From NCBI RefSeq assembly GCF_000143415.4, contig NW_003314278.1, forward strand, positions 450,371-514,370: a DNA stretch of 64,000 bases, given 5' to 3'. Shown here piece after piece: positions 25,196 through 37,032 of the stretch (the first letter of the stretch is position 1; each line of letters opens with the position of its first letter). The stretch is from Selaginella moellendorffii. Lineage: Eukaryota > Plantae > Lycopodiophyta. Made by a program: the position numbers and the translations under genes. The notes beneath the pieces were generated by a model. It ran no database searches. It was not told the origin of the DNA and saw only the letters and a program-made list of their open reading frames with translations.

Positions 25196-26772
25196 CTAAA
25201 ACCCTATACCCTGCTGCTTCATTTGCCTCTTGAAGACCCCCTCTGGCGACATGTCGAGCTCCTCCAGCAGCTTCTCCGTTTCCCTGTTCCCCTCGACACC
25301 GTTTGCTTGCATCCTTTCCATGAACTCTCTGGGGTGGCGCTTGCGAGAGATGTAGACCTTGAGGAACTCGTTGTATACTCCGGCATCACCTAGCTTCGTG
25401 TACCTCCGCATCAGCTCCTTGGCACCCTCTACGTCGCCGTTTGCTGCGTAGACTGGCAGCAGCACCATCATCGTCTTGTACTGCAGCCTGATGCTTTTCG
25501 CAGGCACAGCTGCAAGACCATCGTCCAGCTTCTTGAGCGCCTCTGAAATGTTGTTCGCTGCCATGTAGCCTTGAATCAAACTGTTGTAAGGAGCGAAAGA
25601 GTCGCGGTCCAGCTCCTTGCTTTGCAAGATACGTTCCGCCTTCTCCATCATCCCATTGCGAGCATAAACTTCTAGCATCAGAGCGTGTGGATTCTGCTCA
25701 AACTTCGTAAACTCGTCCGATCCAGCTAGAAGTTCCTTGCAAAGTGCTCGAGCCTTGGCGACCTCGCCAACCAGTCCCAATGCAGTGATCGCGCTGAAGT
25801 AGCTGGACTGGTGGATATCACTTCTCGTTCTCTTCAATGATCTCCAAAGCTCCTCGATACCATCCTGTTTCCCGACGTAGCCATAAACTTCCATCGCATC
25901 GTTGAGCGTTCTGAGCGGCGGGTCCTCCACATCCATCGTCTGCACAGCTCCAAGAGCTTCTCCCTCGATTGCATTCAATCCACCGGCACCCCTGTCCTTG
26001 CACTTGAGCAGCATGAGATAAGTTCTCACGCTCGGCTGGAGCCCCAAGCCCCGCATTCTCTCGAACATCTCCACCACCTTGTGGTGCTTGTCCCTGTTGA
26101 GATAGAGCACCATCATCACGTCGAGGATGTCCGTGGTGTGGACCTGGATCTTCTCTAGCCACTGCTCGGCCTTGGCGAGCCCGTTCTCTTTCGCGACACT
26201 AAGAAACAGCCCGACTGTCACCCGGTCAGTCCTCAGCTTCTCTGGAAGGCTGTCGTAGAAACGCTCGGCTTTGGCCATTCCTCGCCGCCGGGAGATGACA
26301 CCAATCGCCCAGACGCAGTGCATGTCGGTGAACTTCACCAATCTCTCGCATCGAATGCCTTCTAGCAGCTGAAAGGAATCGAAGTTTGAAGAACACAAGA
26401 AGCTATGAGAGAGAAAAAAGATGGATGGCAGCGTACCTTCATGATCTCGGTGTAGCGCTTGCGTTTCATGAGCCAGAAATAAATCGTGGAGAGCACGTCG
26501 CTGCTCAAACAGTTCCCTCTCCTCATCCATTTCTTCACAGCCTCGAAGGTGTCGGGCTTGGATTCGATCATCTCAAGCAGTTTAGTGATCTTGTCGTCGT
26601 CGATCGCCTTCTCCTGCTGCTGGGGGAATTCTCGTCGCAGGGATGCCTCCGCGACATTTGCAGTGAGCAGTAGATCGTGTTTCTCGTCCCTTTGAGAAGG
26701 CCGAGTACCAAAGAGTGAGCTTCTGGTGAAAAAGCCTGCGCTCGCAATGCGCTGCTGCCATCTAGAAGTCAT
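25196..26772 (-). CDS. P-type PPR protein paralogue, likely mitochondrial; 1 intron (26369-26436)
   Basis: MTSRWQQRIASAGFFTR presequence; colinear with the neighbouring PPR and has the same intron position. Confidence 0.88.
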
Positions 26773-26929
26773 CCATCAAAGAGTGAGAGGATTGCTAGAG
26801 ATGCTTGCGGCCCTACCTGTGAGCGATGGCAGCCGATCGCAACAGGCGCAATGCTGCCATAAATCTTGTCAACGGTGTGGCAGCCGAAGCCTCGACTCAT
26901 CGCCAGGAATCCATAAACCCTAGACTCCA

Positions 26930-27190
26930 AAATCGTCGGAATGCCTGAGAGAATCGCTCCTCCAGCTGCTGCACTGCCGCGCGCGATCTAGCACAGGACT
27001 CCCAGATTGCATCCATCGGCCTGGAGCAGGACAAATACCTCGCCAATCTGAGCCTTCGCGAGCTCTTCTTCCGCAAGAAGCGCTTCTCCTGGAGCATTAT
27101 CATCTCGATCTACGCCCAGCAGCAGGCACATCTTCGATGGAATGCCGGATGAAATCCGCGATCACAGGCTACGACAAAAACGCTCTCCTC
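26930..27190 (+). pseudogene. PLS-class PPR relic
   Basis: Fragments SQIASIGLEQDKYLANL...FSWSIIISIYAQ and IFDGMP...SAITGY in shifting frames. Confidence 0.55.
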
Positions 27191-27896
27191 TCGTGGCTAG
27201 GGATTGAATGCCCCAGTGGAGCTCATGTGTTCCATTCCCGAAAGAATCGTGGTCTCATTCTTGCGGCATATACCCCACATGGGCATACAAGTGCTTAGAG
27301 TTTCATCTCTCCCAACGCTGTGAATGACAGTCGAGCTTTTGACTCTAGAATAACAATCATCTCCCACAACAGCTCCAGATTTTATACAGTGGACGGTTCA
27401 GATTGTAAATGGTCCAGTGTTTTTTTAATGCACGGTCTCTTTTCAGAAGAAAATATTGGAGCAAGGAGTGAGGAGAATGTAGATTTGATTACCTTAGATG
27501 CAGCGTGCGATAAGATCTTGAAGGGTTCCACAGCAACTTAGGCTCTCATGCTCCCACGAGCTCGTTGTAAATTCCACCATCGGCAGCGAGAGAGCTTGCG
27601 AGAGATCCACAGTGCAACACGCAAAATGAGTTCTCCATAAGTATTTGTCTCACCTGATGAATGAGTTGTTACAGAAACTAGCTTGGGATGTCTGGCATTG
27701 ACAGTAACTCGAACAACTGCAGGAGAGAATGGCAGTTAGTTGCAAACTTCATGGAAAAAATGCAAACCTTGTGCGAATTGTTCGGCCTCATAGAGTTGCC
27801 AAGACAAAGTGCTCGTGTAGTCGTGGCTGCCACCTTGGGATTCCTGTGAGGCACAGCAAGGATTGCAGCTTGCAAGGAACCCCAAATGAACACCAA

Positions 27897-28089
27897 GTAA
27901 TGTAGTACCTTGTAAGGATATAAGTTTCGTTATAAAACTCTCCACGTTCTGCAAAGATTAATAGTGTTAGAGCACAGAAAGTAAAGATTTTATATCAAAC
28001 CTTAAGTTGATCCAGAGAAGAAAAGAACGGTAGTCGACGCTTTCTCCATATAGAGAGAGCCATCAAAATGTAAAACTGTAAGAGCTTCA
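27897..28089 (+). repeat. Dispersed direct repeat, also at 63408-63610
   Basis: TACCTTGTAAGGATATAAGTT...AAACCTTAAGTTGATCCA...GAGAGAGCCATCAAAATGTAAAACT present in both places. Confidence 0.85.
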
Positions 28090-28187
28090 CGAGCGCATAA
28101 GCTTGAATAGACTAACCTCCTTTTGAAGCGAGCTGGCCACCCTGGAAATCAAGTAGAAAGGGTGTTTCTCCTTTAGCTCCAGAGTTG

Positions 28188-28280
28188 AGAAACTTAGTAA
28201 CGATAAGGAAAAGCTTCGTATTGACGCCCACCCAGAGAAACTTAGTAACAACAAGGAAAAGCTCCGTATCGATGCTCACC
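28188..28280 (+). repeat. 48-bp tandem duplication
   Basis: AGAAACTTAGTAAC(G/A)A(T/C)AAGGAAAAGCT(T/C)CGTAT(T/C)GA(C/T)GC x2. Confidence 0.8.
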
Positions 28281-29166
28281 ACATTCCCAGATTTGCAAGC
28301 CTTGTGCAGGGATTTAGCGAGCCATTGTTTCACAACTTCCTCTACGAAAGCAAGCAATCCATTTGTCCAGAGTAAGAAATCTCGGAGTAAGAAAACCATG
28401 GCGCTGCCATGATATCTCAATTGCCAATCCCGAGCTCCCTGCAAGAAAAACTTTCATATCATGAATGATAACGATGCTTTGTACCTGCAAGTTGCAATGA
28501 CTCAATTTGAACGGTGATAGGATGAATCGAATGTGCTTGATGAATATCAGCAGCTGATGCTTACAGGTCCTTCAGCTTTCCCTCCTCAATGAGCTCTTTC
28601 ATGTGCCGCATTCCCAGAGCAATCAATATAAGTTAATAGAAACCAATATTCTCAACAGTGGCGTGTTCCTTTCCTGTTTCTTTAGAAACGAAAAATATTA
28701 TGGAGGAGCGGAACAGGTCCAGTGCTACCCTGAGGTAACTACCAGCAAGTTGACAAGCTGCCAGACACGAAGAAAGATCAGAGTTTAGATCAAGCTCGTG
28801 TTCTACCTTACAAGTGCATTTTCTGCCTCTCTGTCGATTGAACACTGAAGTCCTGTACGCACCACCATTAGAAAAAGAGAAAGCAGAGCGCATATATTGC
28901 TTACGCTAAGAGTCGAGTGGTAAAAGCTAAGATTGAGAGTGACGCTCTCATGGTAGTTTTCTCTTCCACAGGCAGATAATGCATGGAAGCCTTGCACAAT
29001 CTGATGGCTGTAGGATAGTCCTTTCCTTGGAAGAAATCATTACAAAATGCACCAAAATCAGCTCCAATATAAGGCTCCAGCCGGTTTAGGGTTTAGGGGA
29101 CAAATTGGCGCAACAGCTTCTTGCTTGTTTTTAAATAAGAGGGGTCAAACAAAGAGGGTTTTACTT

Positions 29167-30175
29167 TCAGCTCTCCAAGAGAGCCATCTCATTACCCCTG
29201 CCTTCTGGAGCTTCCTGGGCGGCCTTGGCCGCCACCTTGGCTTCAACCACGTCCAAGAACATCCTTGCCAGCCGCACAGACTCTGTCCAGTCGGCCTCCA
29301 GCAGGTACGCGTCCTTGAACTCATCCCAAAACTCCATGCCAGGACGGGGATAGTAAGGATCATTGACAAAGAAGCTGTCAATGAGTGCACATTGTTGTTG
29401 TGAGGCTTGCACTGGTTGAAATCGAAGCAGGCAAAGCTAGGGTCGGAGAAGGTCCTCAGCTCGTCACCACCCACGACGAACTCGATGTCGCGACCATCCA
29501 GTCCTGGATTAAAGAAGTGCAAAAGTAACGCATGAATGAAACAGTACAAAGCTGAAAACACCTGCGAGGTGGTGGATCCTACCCATTTCTTGGGCCAGCG
29601 ATTCGATCAGCAGCCAGCTCCTTGCAACGATTGGCATCCAGCGGGAAGTTATTGGCATTGAAGAATTGAGATGCCAGGCGCGGGCATTTCGCACCCAAGT
29701 AGATCCACGCGACGAAGGGCTTGGAGTAGCTAGAGTGGAGTGCAGGGAAGAACTTGGCCCTGATGGAATCCGGGGGACGGGCCAGACAAGCTGCATTGTG
29801 TACGCGGCGGGTATAGTTGGCAGCAGTGGCGAATCCATTCGCAGGTGCTCCACCAGTGATGCGAGAGAAGGGAAGAATTCGACAGGCTTGGGCACCAGAA
29901 AGAGGAGATTCTCTGCGCCCTGGCACGCCTTACTTATCTTTTGGTGATTCTCAAACTCATCAAGCAGCTCGGAAAAGCGGCTGGCATCTGCCAAGCACTT
30001 GATCGCCAGGTTGTTCATACGTAAACTGTGGCAAAGCTCCCCGCTCCCAAGTGCACGATCTAGTACCCTCTTGTGTCATTCTCTTCTAGAGTTTTCATCA
30101 CCGTGTTAAAGTTGGTTGTTCCATTCCCGAAAGAATCGTGGTCTCATTCTTGAGGCATATACCCATCATGGGCAT
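29167..30175 (-). pseudogene. DUF3669-like kinase-fold protein, frameshifted; intron ~29506-29565
   Basis: LAIKC, VPKP, IYLG, FNANNFPLD, EMG..IHH, DGRDIEFVVG, FDFNQC, FFVNDPYYPRP, FWDEFKDAYL. Confidence 0.75.
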
Positions 30176-30469
30176 TTAGAGCATATAAGTGCTTTCTGGA
30201 TATTCCAAGAGTTTCAACGTTGTGAATGACAGCCTCCTGAATAACACAACAGCCCATGCCCGAGAATTGCAGAGCTCAAAAAGATCTGCCCTAAATTGAA
30301 GTTCTGTGGCATTGATGTGCTAAGGATTTCTGCTTTTTGTTGTTCACATTATAAAGAGCAATCTTGCAGCATGAAGCAGCTGTTGTGGACTCTAGATTGT
30401 AAGAGCTGCTGGTCGTTCCTAAAGATGTAAGTCATGCTTAGCTTAGGAAGAGGAGAATTAACGTGTGTA

Positions 30470-30690
30470 GAACTCTTGCAGTGGCACTGGTCCCCGTGTT
30501 CTCATATGCTTGCATCGGGGGCATGTTTTGGAAATGCTGTGGTTGGAGATGAATGCCACTTCGTAGGCGGTGTGTACTATCTGTGGCTCTATTCACTGGT
30601 TTTTGTGTCAGGCAAACAAGAAATGTTCCTCTTCGACATGAAAACGCTAAACTGGACAGTTGTGCCTGTGGAACCATTCTTGTTTATGCC
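30470..30690 (+). pseudogene. Kelch-repeat-like fragment (mirror copy ~60400-60600 on the minus strand)
   Basis: NAVVGDECHFVGG...EMFLFDMKTLNWTVV resembles one kelch blade. Confidence 0.35.
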
Positions 30691-30903
30691 GATATTTTTC
30701 CACTGCAGTTCGGTGTCTTCATGATGCAAACTATGACGTCCTACTGTGTGCCACAGAAAGCAAACACTGGATTGTTCCATGTCAGGGAAGCAGATGGATT
30801 GGTCCTTGGGGTTTTCAGTGCTCCCGATGTAGGAAAGCCTTTAGTGGAGATTATCCAAGCTCAGATCACTGGAGTTAGCATTGTATATATGTGGGAGGAA
30901 CTA

Positions 30904-31897
30904 TGTTGAGAGTGGCCCTGTGCCACGTGGCTAGTCCACGCGGAGAGACACGAGTCTTCACCGGTTCACCGTGTCACACATATGTACATTTCCATTCCAT
31001 ATATGCTATGACGGACCATCACACGGTTTCACCTTTCATTAGATGGTATCAGAGCAATGCCTGGGAGAGCGAGAAGAATTCAAAACCATGGGATCAGGGC
31101 GACACTTGCTAGGGTGAATCACAGCCTCTGTCTAGACAGAGGCGTGCCCTAATCCAATACTCCAGGCCTTGCAAGAGGCACTGGACGACTAAGAACCTGG
31201 ACCTAGACTTGAACGAGTGGTGGGATTGGGTGTCGATGGCAGCCACTGTTCCTACAAATCCGCCTCCAAATCCACCACCTATTTCCCCTCCGACTGTGCC
31301 TACAGCGGATATTGTTTCAGTAGACGCGAATCCACCAAAATTTGATGGGAGGAACTGGCGCTTCTGGAAGACAAAATTCGAATCCTAACGAGGCCTCTGG
31401 GACATCACCACAGGAACGGAAACACTTCCAGATATTACCACAAGGACTAGAGAGCTTTGGGCAAATTTCACACAGTGCTGGAGGGGCGAGAATTCCATTG
31501 CATTAGACAGTGCAAGAGTGCAAATGAAGCGTGGGAGGCCATGAAGCAGACTTACCAGATCCCTTCAACATCCCATCGCATTTTTCCACAGAAGCATGGT
31601 GATAGCTGAAGGGGATGACCTCAAGGATCATCTTGCTGCTGTGCGAACAATCCTAGATGATCTTAAGGATGTGGGAGCAAACATAGAGGATGAAGAAGAG
31701 GTAGAGCTGCCACTCGTCACACTTCCTCCATCGTTGGCAATGCTCAACAGCTTTCTGTGAGAGGAATTAGTGTTGAGAGTGGCCGTGTGCCACGTGGCTA
31801 GTCCACGTGGAGAGACACAAGTCTTCACTAGTTCACCCATTCTATATATGCCATGACGGATCTTGAGCACCATCACACTGTTTCACCTTTCATTAGA
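30904..31897 (+). mobile_element. Non-autonomous Ty1/copia gag-only mini-element (TR-GAG/TRIM-like)
   Basis: LTRs 30904-31043 and 31771-31897; PBS TGGTATCAGAGC 31044-31055; PPT GAGAGGAATTAG; TSD AACTA; gag relic PPKFDGRNWRFWK...GLWDITTG; empty site in the mirror arm at ~60000. Confidence 0.9.
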
Positions 31898-34107
31898 AAC
31901 TAATCTTTGGTGCTCCAAATATCCTTGGCAGTGGTCAACATGACCTTAACCTGCAGTCGGAAGAAATTCCTTTCCCAAATGAAGTTGCCACAGTTAGGGT
32001 TGAGAGATGCTTTAACAACTTTTTCATACAACTAAATGTTGACGAAATTTTTTCTTTCTTCTTCCTTGCTCCTCAATAGCTGCTCTTGATATCTCCAACC
32101 ATAACTTCATAAGATAATAATTGTTGATCTAGATTCAGGTTGTAAAATAGCATTGTAGCAAGAAGAAATTTCTTAGCTCTAGATTTAAAGTGACTCTCAC
32201 TTTTTATTGTTAGGAGTGACTTTGTCTCTAAAGTGATGGGCTCTAGCCTGAGCAGTATACAACTAGTTGAGGTTTGATCCATGTGGCAATAACATAGCAA
32301 TGTGATATGGCAATAATGTGGCAGAATAAATGGTCCATGATGACAATAAGGACAAACACAACAAATGTTTCTAGAAGTTAAGAAAAAAGGATTGAAGGTT
32401 TAACAAATGAACAACAAATGAAGTTGTAACAGGACATGGTATAAAAAGCATTATAACAATTGCTTCTTTCATCATTTGAATGAATATAAGCTTTCTTGAA
32501 ACTGGAATTAATATCATGTCCTCCTCCAGAAAGAATAACTCTACTAAATTTAAGTTATCACAATCCCCATAGCATGGGAAATGATTGCGAAAGAAGAATT
32601 GCCGAGCTGTGGCATGCTGTGTACTCAATTTAAGGTAAACAAAAATGGCACTCTAATCCATTATGATGTGGAAAAGAAGAAGCTGATAGCCAGTTACATG
32701 TAACCATTAAAAATGGGGGGGGAGGGGAGAAGTTTTTTTTGGAGGGGGGCCAGATGGGTGGAGCATGGAACCCTGCCTTAAAAGGACTACAGCTGGATGT
32801 AGAAACCATAACATTAATTTATAGGATAGGGGTAAGGAGTGGCAAAACATGAAGAATCCAAACATAGATAGGTCTCTTTTTTACAAGGAATCTTTATAAT
32901 AGCTTGTAACTAGTATAGCATTGTGGTGTTCTTGAGCTTATAATATTTATGCAAGTGTGCTTTCAAGTTTGACATGATGCACAAGAGGAGGAGTCCAAGA
33001 GCCCGCCAAATAGATGCCAACTGAGCTTCTTTCTCACTCCTAGTGAGGAATCTATGAGGGGCTCATGATTGCAGTGGAAACACGGTGTTCAAGAGAGAGT
33101 GTTCTGGAGTTTTCGTATCAATTTGAGTGAGAGAGGAGCTTGGTTGGCATCTTCTAGTGGTGTTGGAGGGAATTTCAATGAGGCTTGCAATCAGCTGTCA
33201 AAACATAATGATCCTAAGTGCTAGAAGTTATTAGGAGTCACTTAGAGTGCAAGTTGGTTAGGTTGGTGGTGATTAAGCAGAAGAGAGAGCATTTGGAACA
33301 GTTGGGTTGGAACAATTGAGAATTGACATTTGCTATAGCATGAGGCATTTCTAATGCATTGCAAGTTGGGCAGCAACATTCCTAATGGGAGTGAGGTTTT
33401 GATAGGCCAGGAGTAGAGCTGGGTATGCCATATGGACCAGTCCCAGCTTGGACAGATTCACCCATCTTTACAAACTAACTAACAAACTCGAACATAAGGC
33501 ATTCTTTAGGAAATTGTTATTCTAAAAGAGTGTTTTTCCATAAAGGAAACTTGGACATGTTTGCAAACTAAGTGTAAGAGAAAGTGGAATACAATTAAAT
33601 CCTTGGAAGAAGTTAAAAGAGTGGATGGCCCACTTCTTGCAAAGCCCTTTTGAAGACACTTTTTTCATTAACAATAGAAACCAACTCTTAGAATTCAGCC
33701 ATATGTAATTAAGTTCAAATGGCTTAGTAAAACCAACTATTAAAAATAAAATTAAAAAAATGATAAATACTTTTATATTGTTACAATTTACATTACAATC
33801 TAGTCTTATTGATAGAGTTAGTTGGGTTTGCCTTCACAATTTCTTGGAGGTGCAAATACTAAGTATTGAGATCAATAATTAATATAAATTATTTAATATA
33901 TCCAACTAAGTCTATAGAATATAAATACTTATTTTTCAATAAATTTTTTATAAAGACATTCATTAATTCAACAGTTAGAGAACTAACTTTGTAATTGATT
34001 GGATAATCTTAGAATGCTTAGTTCTGAAAGTAATACTCATTAGAAAATTTTACTTGCTATTGAGAGATATTTAAATTACCAATAATATGGCTACAAATTT
34101 TAGTATT

Positions 34108-35043
34108 TTATATTTTTTTTATACATTTAATATGATTAGCAGTATTACTTTCCCACCAAATTTTATTTGGTCTTTTTACTTCATAGGAGATAAGATTACA
34201 ATCATTTTGTAAAGTTAAAATTGTTATAGATAAACATTTAATACAAAATTTATTAATAGACCACATAATATTATTTTTCTCAGAATATAATACAATATTA
34301 CCATCTACTTGAAGAGTAAGGACACAAATTCCAAAATAATTATATTTACTTCCTCTTCTCCATAATAAAAAATTTCCATAATATAAAGAAATTTTACAAT
34401 TTGACTCAACAAATAATATGTTTATACCATTTGGAGATGTTATAAATTGATTAGTATAGAGAAAATTATGTTTAAACCCAATTTTTAGAGATGTTTTACT
34501 AATATCACAATTCTTGCTATGTAATAAATAATCTCTATATGTTCTATTATATGTGTTATAATGATAATTTTTGTAAACAATACCATATTCAATTTGATAA
34601 GAATTAGAATTTATTTGACATCCATCAGAAAGTGCTTCAGAAAAAGTATTTCTGTATGTATTAATCAAATTTCTAAATGTAGCTCTTAGTGTATTACCTT
34701 TGATTCTGTTCATATCATTTGAAAATGGACTTGATTCACAATAAAGTTCATTAGCTTCCATTCTGTTGAAAGTGACAACAGCAGAACCTGTTTTACCTAA
34801 GTCAACCACAAATAAATCACTATAGGTTACTGGATAAGTTGTGTTTATTGTACGAATATTAGTTAATAAATTTTCAAATCCATGACTAATAATCATTCCC
34901 ATTTCTTGTGTTGACAAAGAATTATTTTCTCCCCAATAAACTATATGTTTATTTTTTACTGCATAAACTATAGAAAAATAAAATACTATTAGTAATAAGT
35001 TGGTTATTTTTTTCCTTTTTAGAATAATCTCAAAATTACACAT
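34108..35043 (-). CDS. AT-rich ORF: signal-peptide-like N-terminus, unknown domain, C-terminal bulb-type (GNA/B-lectin) domain
   Basis: LTLQVDGNIVLY...WS and LTLQNDCNLISY...WESNT (QxDxNxVxY motifs); 311 codons open. Confidence 0.75.
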   Translation of the reverse strand: MCNFEIILKRKKITNLLLIVFYFSIVYAVKNKHIVYWGENNSLSTQEMGMIISHGFENLLTNIRTINTTYPVTYSDLFVVDLGKTGSAVVTFNRMEANELYCESSPFSNDMNRIKGNTLRATFRNLINTYRNTFSEALSDGCQINSNSYQIEYGIVYKNYHYNTYNRTYRDYLLHSKNCDISKTSLKIGFKHNFLYTNQFITSPNGINILFVESNCKISLYYGNFLLWRRGSKYNYFGICVLTLQVDGNIVLYSEKNNIMWSINKFCIKCLSITILTLQNDCNLISYEVKRPNKIWWESNTANHIKCIKKI

Positions 35044-35376
35044 TATAGATTAACGATACCTCTATTTTATTTTAAATTAAATTCGTGTATTTTTCTTCAG
35101 TTATAATAGTAAAACTTTGCCTACTTTTATTAGCCTAAATCCCTCTCTTATATACAAAAGCAAATGGTCTGATTAATTTTAATCCAATGATTAAATAAAT
35201 CATTTTAATTTTTTTTATACTATTATATCATCTGCTTTTCTTGAAGGGTTGAAGATAAGATCTAGAGGAATATAAAAGACACATCAATAAATATGCAAGA
35301 TGTGTAAGTTGCATAATTTCTATCTAAAGGATATACTTAAGTGTCATGGCAAACACCGCAAAATAAACCTCTACAT

Positions 35377-35461
35377 TCTAGTAGCATTTAAAAATTAGAA
35401 CCATCTTAATCCAAATAAGCCTCTAGTAGCATCTAAAGATTAGAACCATCTTAATCCAAAT
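35377..35461. repeat. Two-copy ~45-bp tandem repeat in the spacer at the palindrome centre
   Basis: CTAGTAGCAT(T/C)TAAA(A/G)ATTAGAACCATCTTAATCCAAAT x2. Confidence 0.85.
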
Positions 35462-35639
35462 GTTAAATTTTACATAGAAACCCCATTATGCATGTGCAAC
35501 AGTTAAAGAATAGTTAAAAAATTCTATATAAAAGGATTTAGACACAGTACTTGCACATCTTGGATATTCATTGATGTGTCTTTTATATCCCTCTAGATCC
35601 TATCTTACACCCAAAAAAGAAAAGCAGATATAAAAAGAT

Positions 35640-36360
35640 ACAACTTATCCAGTAAACTATAATGATTTATTTGTGGTTGACTTAGGTAAAACTTGTCACT
35701 TTCAACAGAATGCAAGGTAATCAACCTTATTGTGAATCAAGTACATTTTTAAATGATACAAGAAGAATCAAAGGTCATACACTAAGGGCTACATTTAGAC
35801 ATTTGATTAAAACATACCGAAAAACTTTTTATGAATCACGTTCTGATGAAATAAAAATAAATTCTAATTATTATCAAATTGAATATAGTATTTTTTACAA
35901 AAAGTATCATTATAATACATTTAGTAGAACATATAGAGATTATTTATTACATAGCAAGAATTGTGATATTAGTAAAACATCTCTAAAAACTGGGTTTAAA
36001 CATCATTTGCTTTAAACTAATCAAATTATAACATCTCCAAATGATATAAACATATTATTGGTTGACTAAAAGTGTAAAATTTCTTTATATTCTGGAAATT
36101 ATTTATTAAGGAAAATAGGAAGTAAATATAATTATTTTGGAATTTGTGTCCTTACTCTTCAAATAGATGGTAATATTGTATTACATTCTGAGAAAAATAA
36201 TATTATGTGGCCTATTAATAAATTTTGTATTAAATATTTCTCTATAACAATTTTAACTTTAGAAATGATTGTAATCTTGTTTCCTATGAAATAAAAAGGC
36301 CAAATAAAATTTGGTGGGAAAGTAATACTGCTAATCATATTAAATGTATAAAAAATATAA
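35640..36360 (+). pseudogene. Inverted, 5'-deleted pseudogene copy of the lectin ORF
   Basis: ORF 35710-36015 aligns to the 34108-35043 protein; premature stops and frameshift; lacks the segment corresponding to 34850-35225. Confidence 0.88.
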
Positions 36361-37032
36361 AATATTCAAATTTTTAGTCATATTATTGGTACTTTAAATA
36401 TCTCTTAATAGAAAGTAAATTTTTTTACTGAGCAGTATTTTAAGAACTAAAAGTTCTAAACTTATTGAATCAATTAACAAATTATATCTCTAACTGTTGA
36501 ATTAATTAATGTATTTATAAAAATCTTTTATTAAAAAAGAAGACATTTAGCATTTATATTCTATAGACTTAGTTGGGTATACTAAGTAGTTTATATTAAG
36601 TATTTATCCCAATACTTAGTATTTGCACCTCCAAGAAATTATGAAAGCAAACCCAACTAGCTCTATCAATAAGACTAGATTCTAATATAAATTCTAACAA
36701 ATAAAAAGGTATACCATTGTTCTTTTAATATTATATAGTTTGATTTACTAAGTCATTTGTACTTGGCTGAATTATAAGAGTTGGTTTCTATTGTTAATGA
36801 AAAAAGTGTCTTCCAAGAGCTTTACAAGAAGCGGACCATATGCTCAAGGACCTCCACTCTTTTAACTTCTTCCAAAGATTTAATTATATTCCACTTTCTC
36901 TTAGACTTGGTTTGCAAACATGTAGTTGATAGCATCCAAGGTTCCCTTATGGCTCTAATAAAAATATTTTAGAATCACAATTTACTAAGGAATGCTTTAT
37001 GTTCGAATTTGTCAATTAGTTTGTGAGGGTGG

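Larger units (their letters stand above)
29036..35325. repeat. Left arm of large inverted duplication
   Basis: Reverse-complement matches to 59021-62079, 43668-43815 and 35473-37032. Confidence 0.9.

Noticed and set aside
27330-29030. Possible gene remnants
   Set aside because: Short ORFs with no recognisable homology or consistent exon chain.
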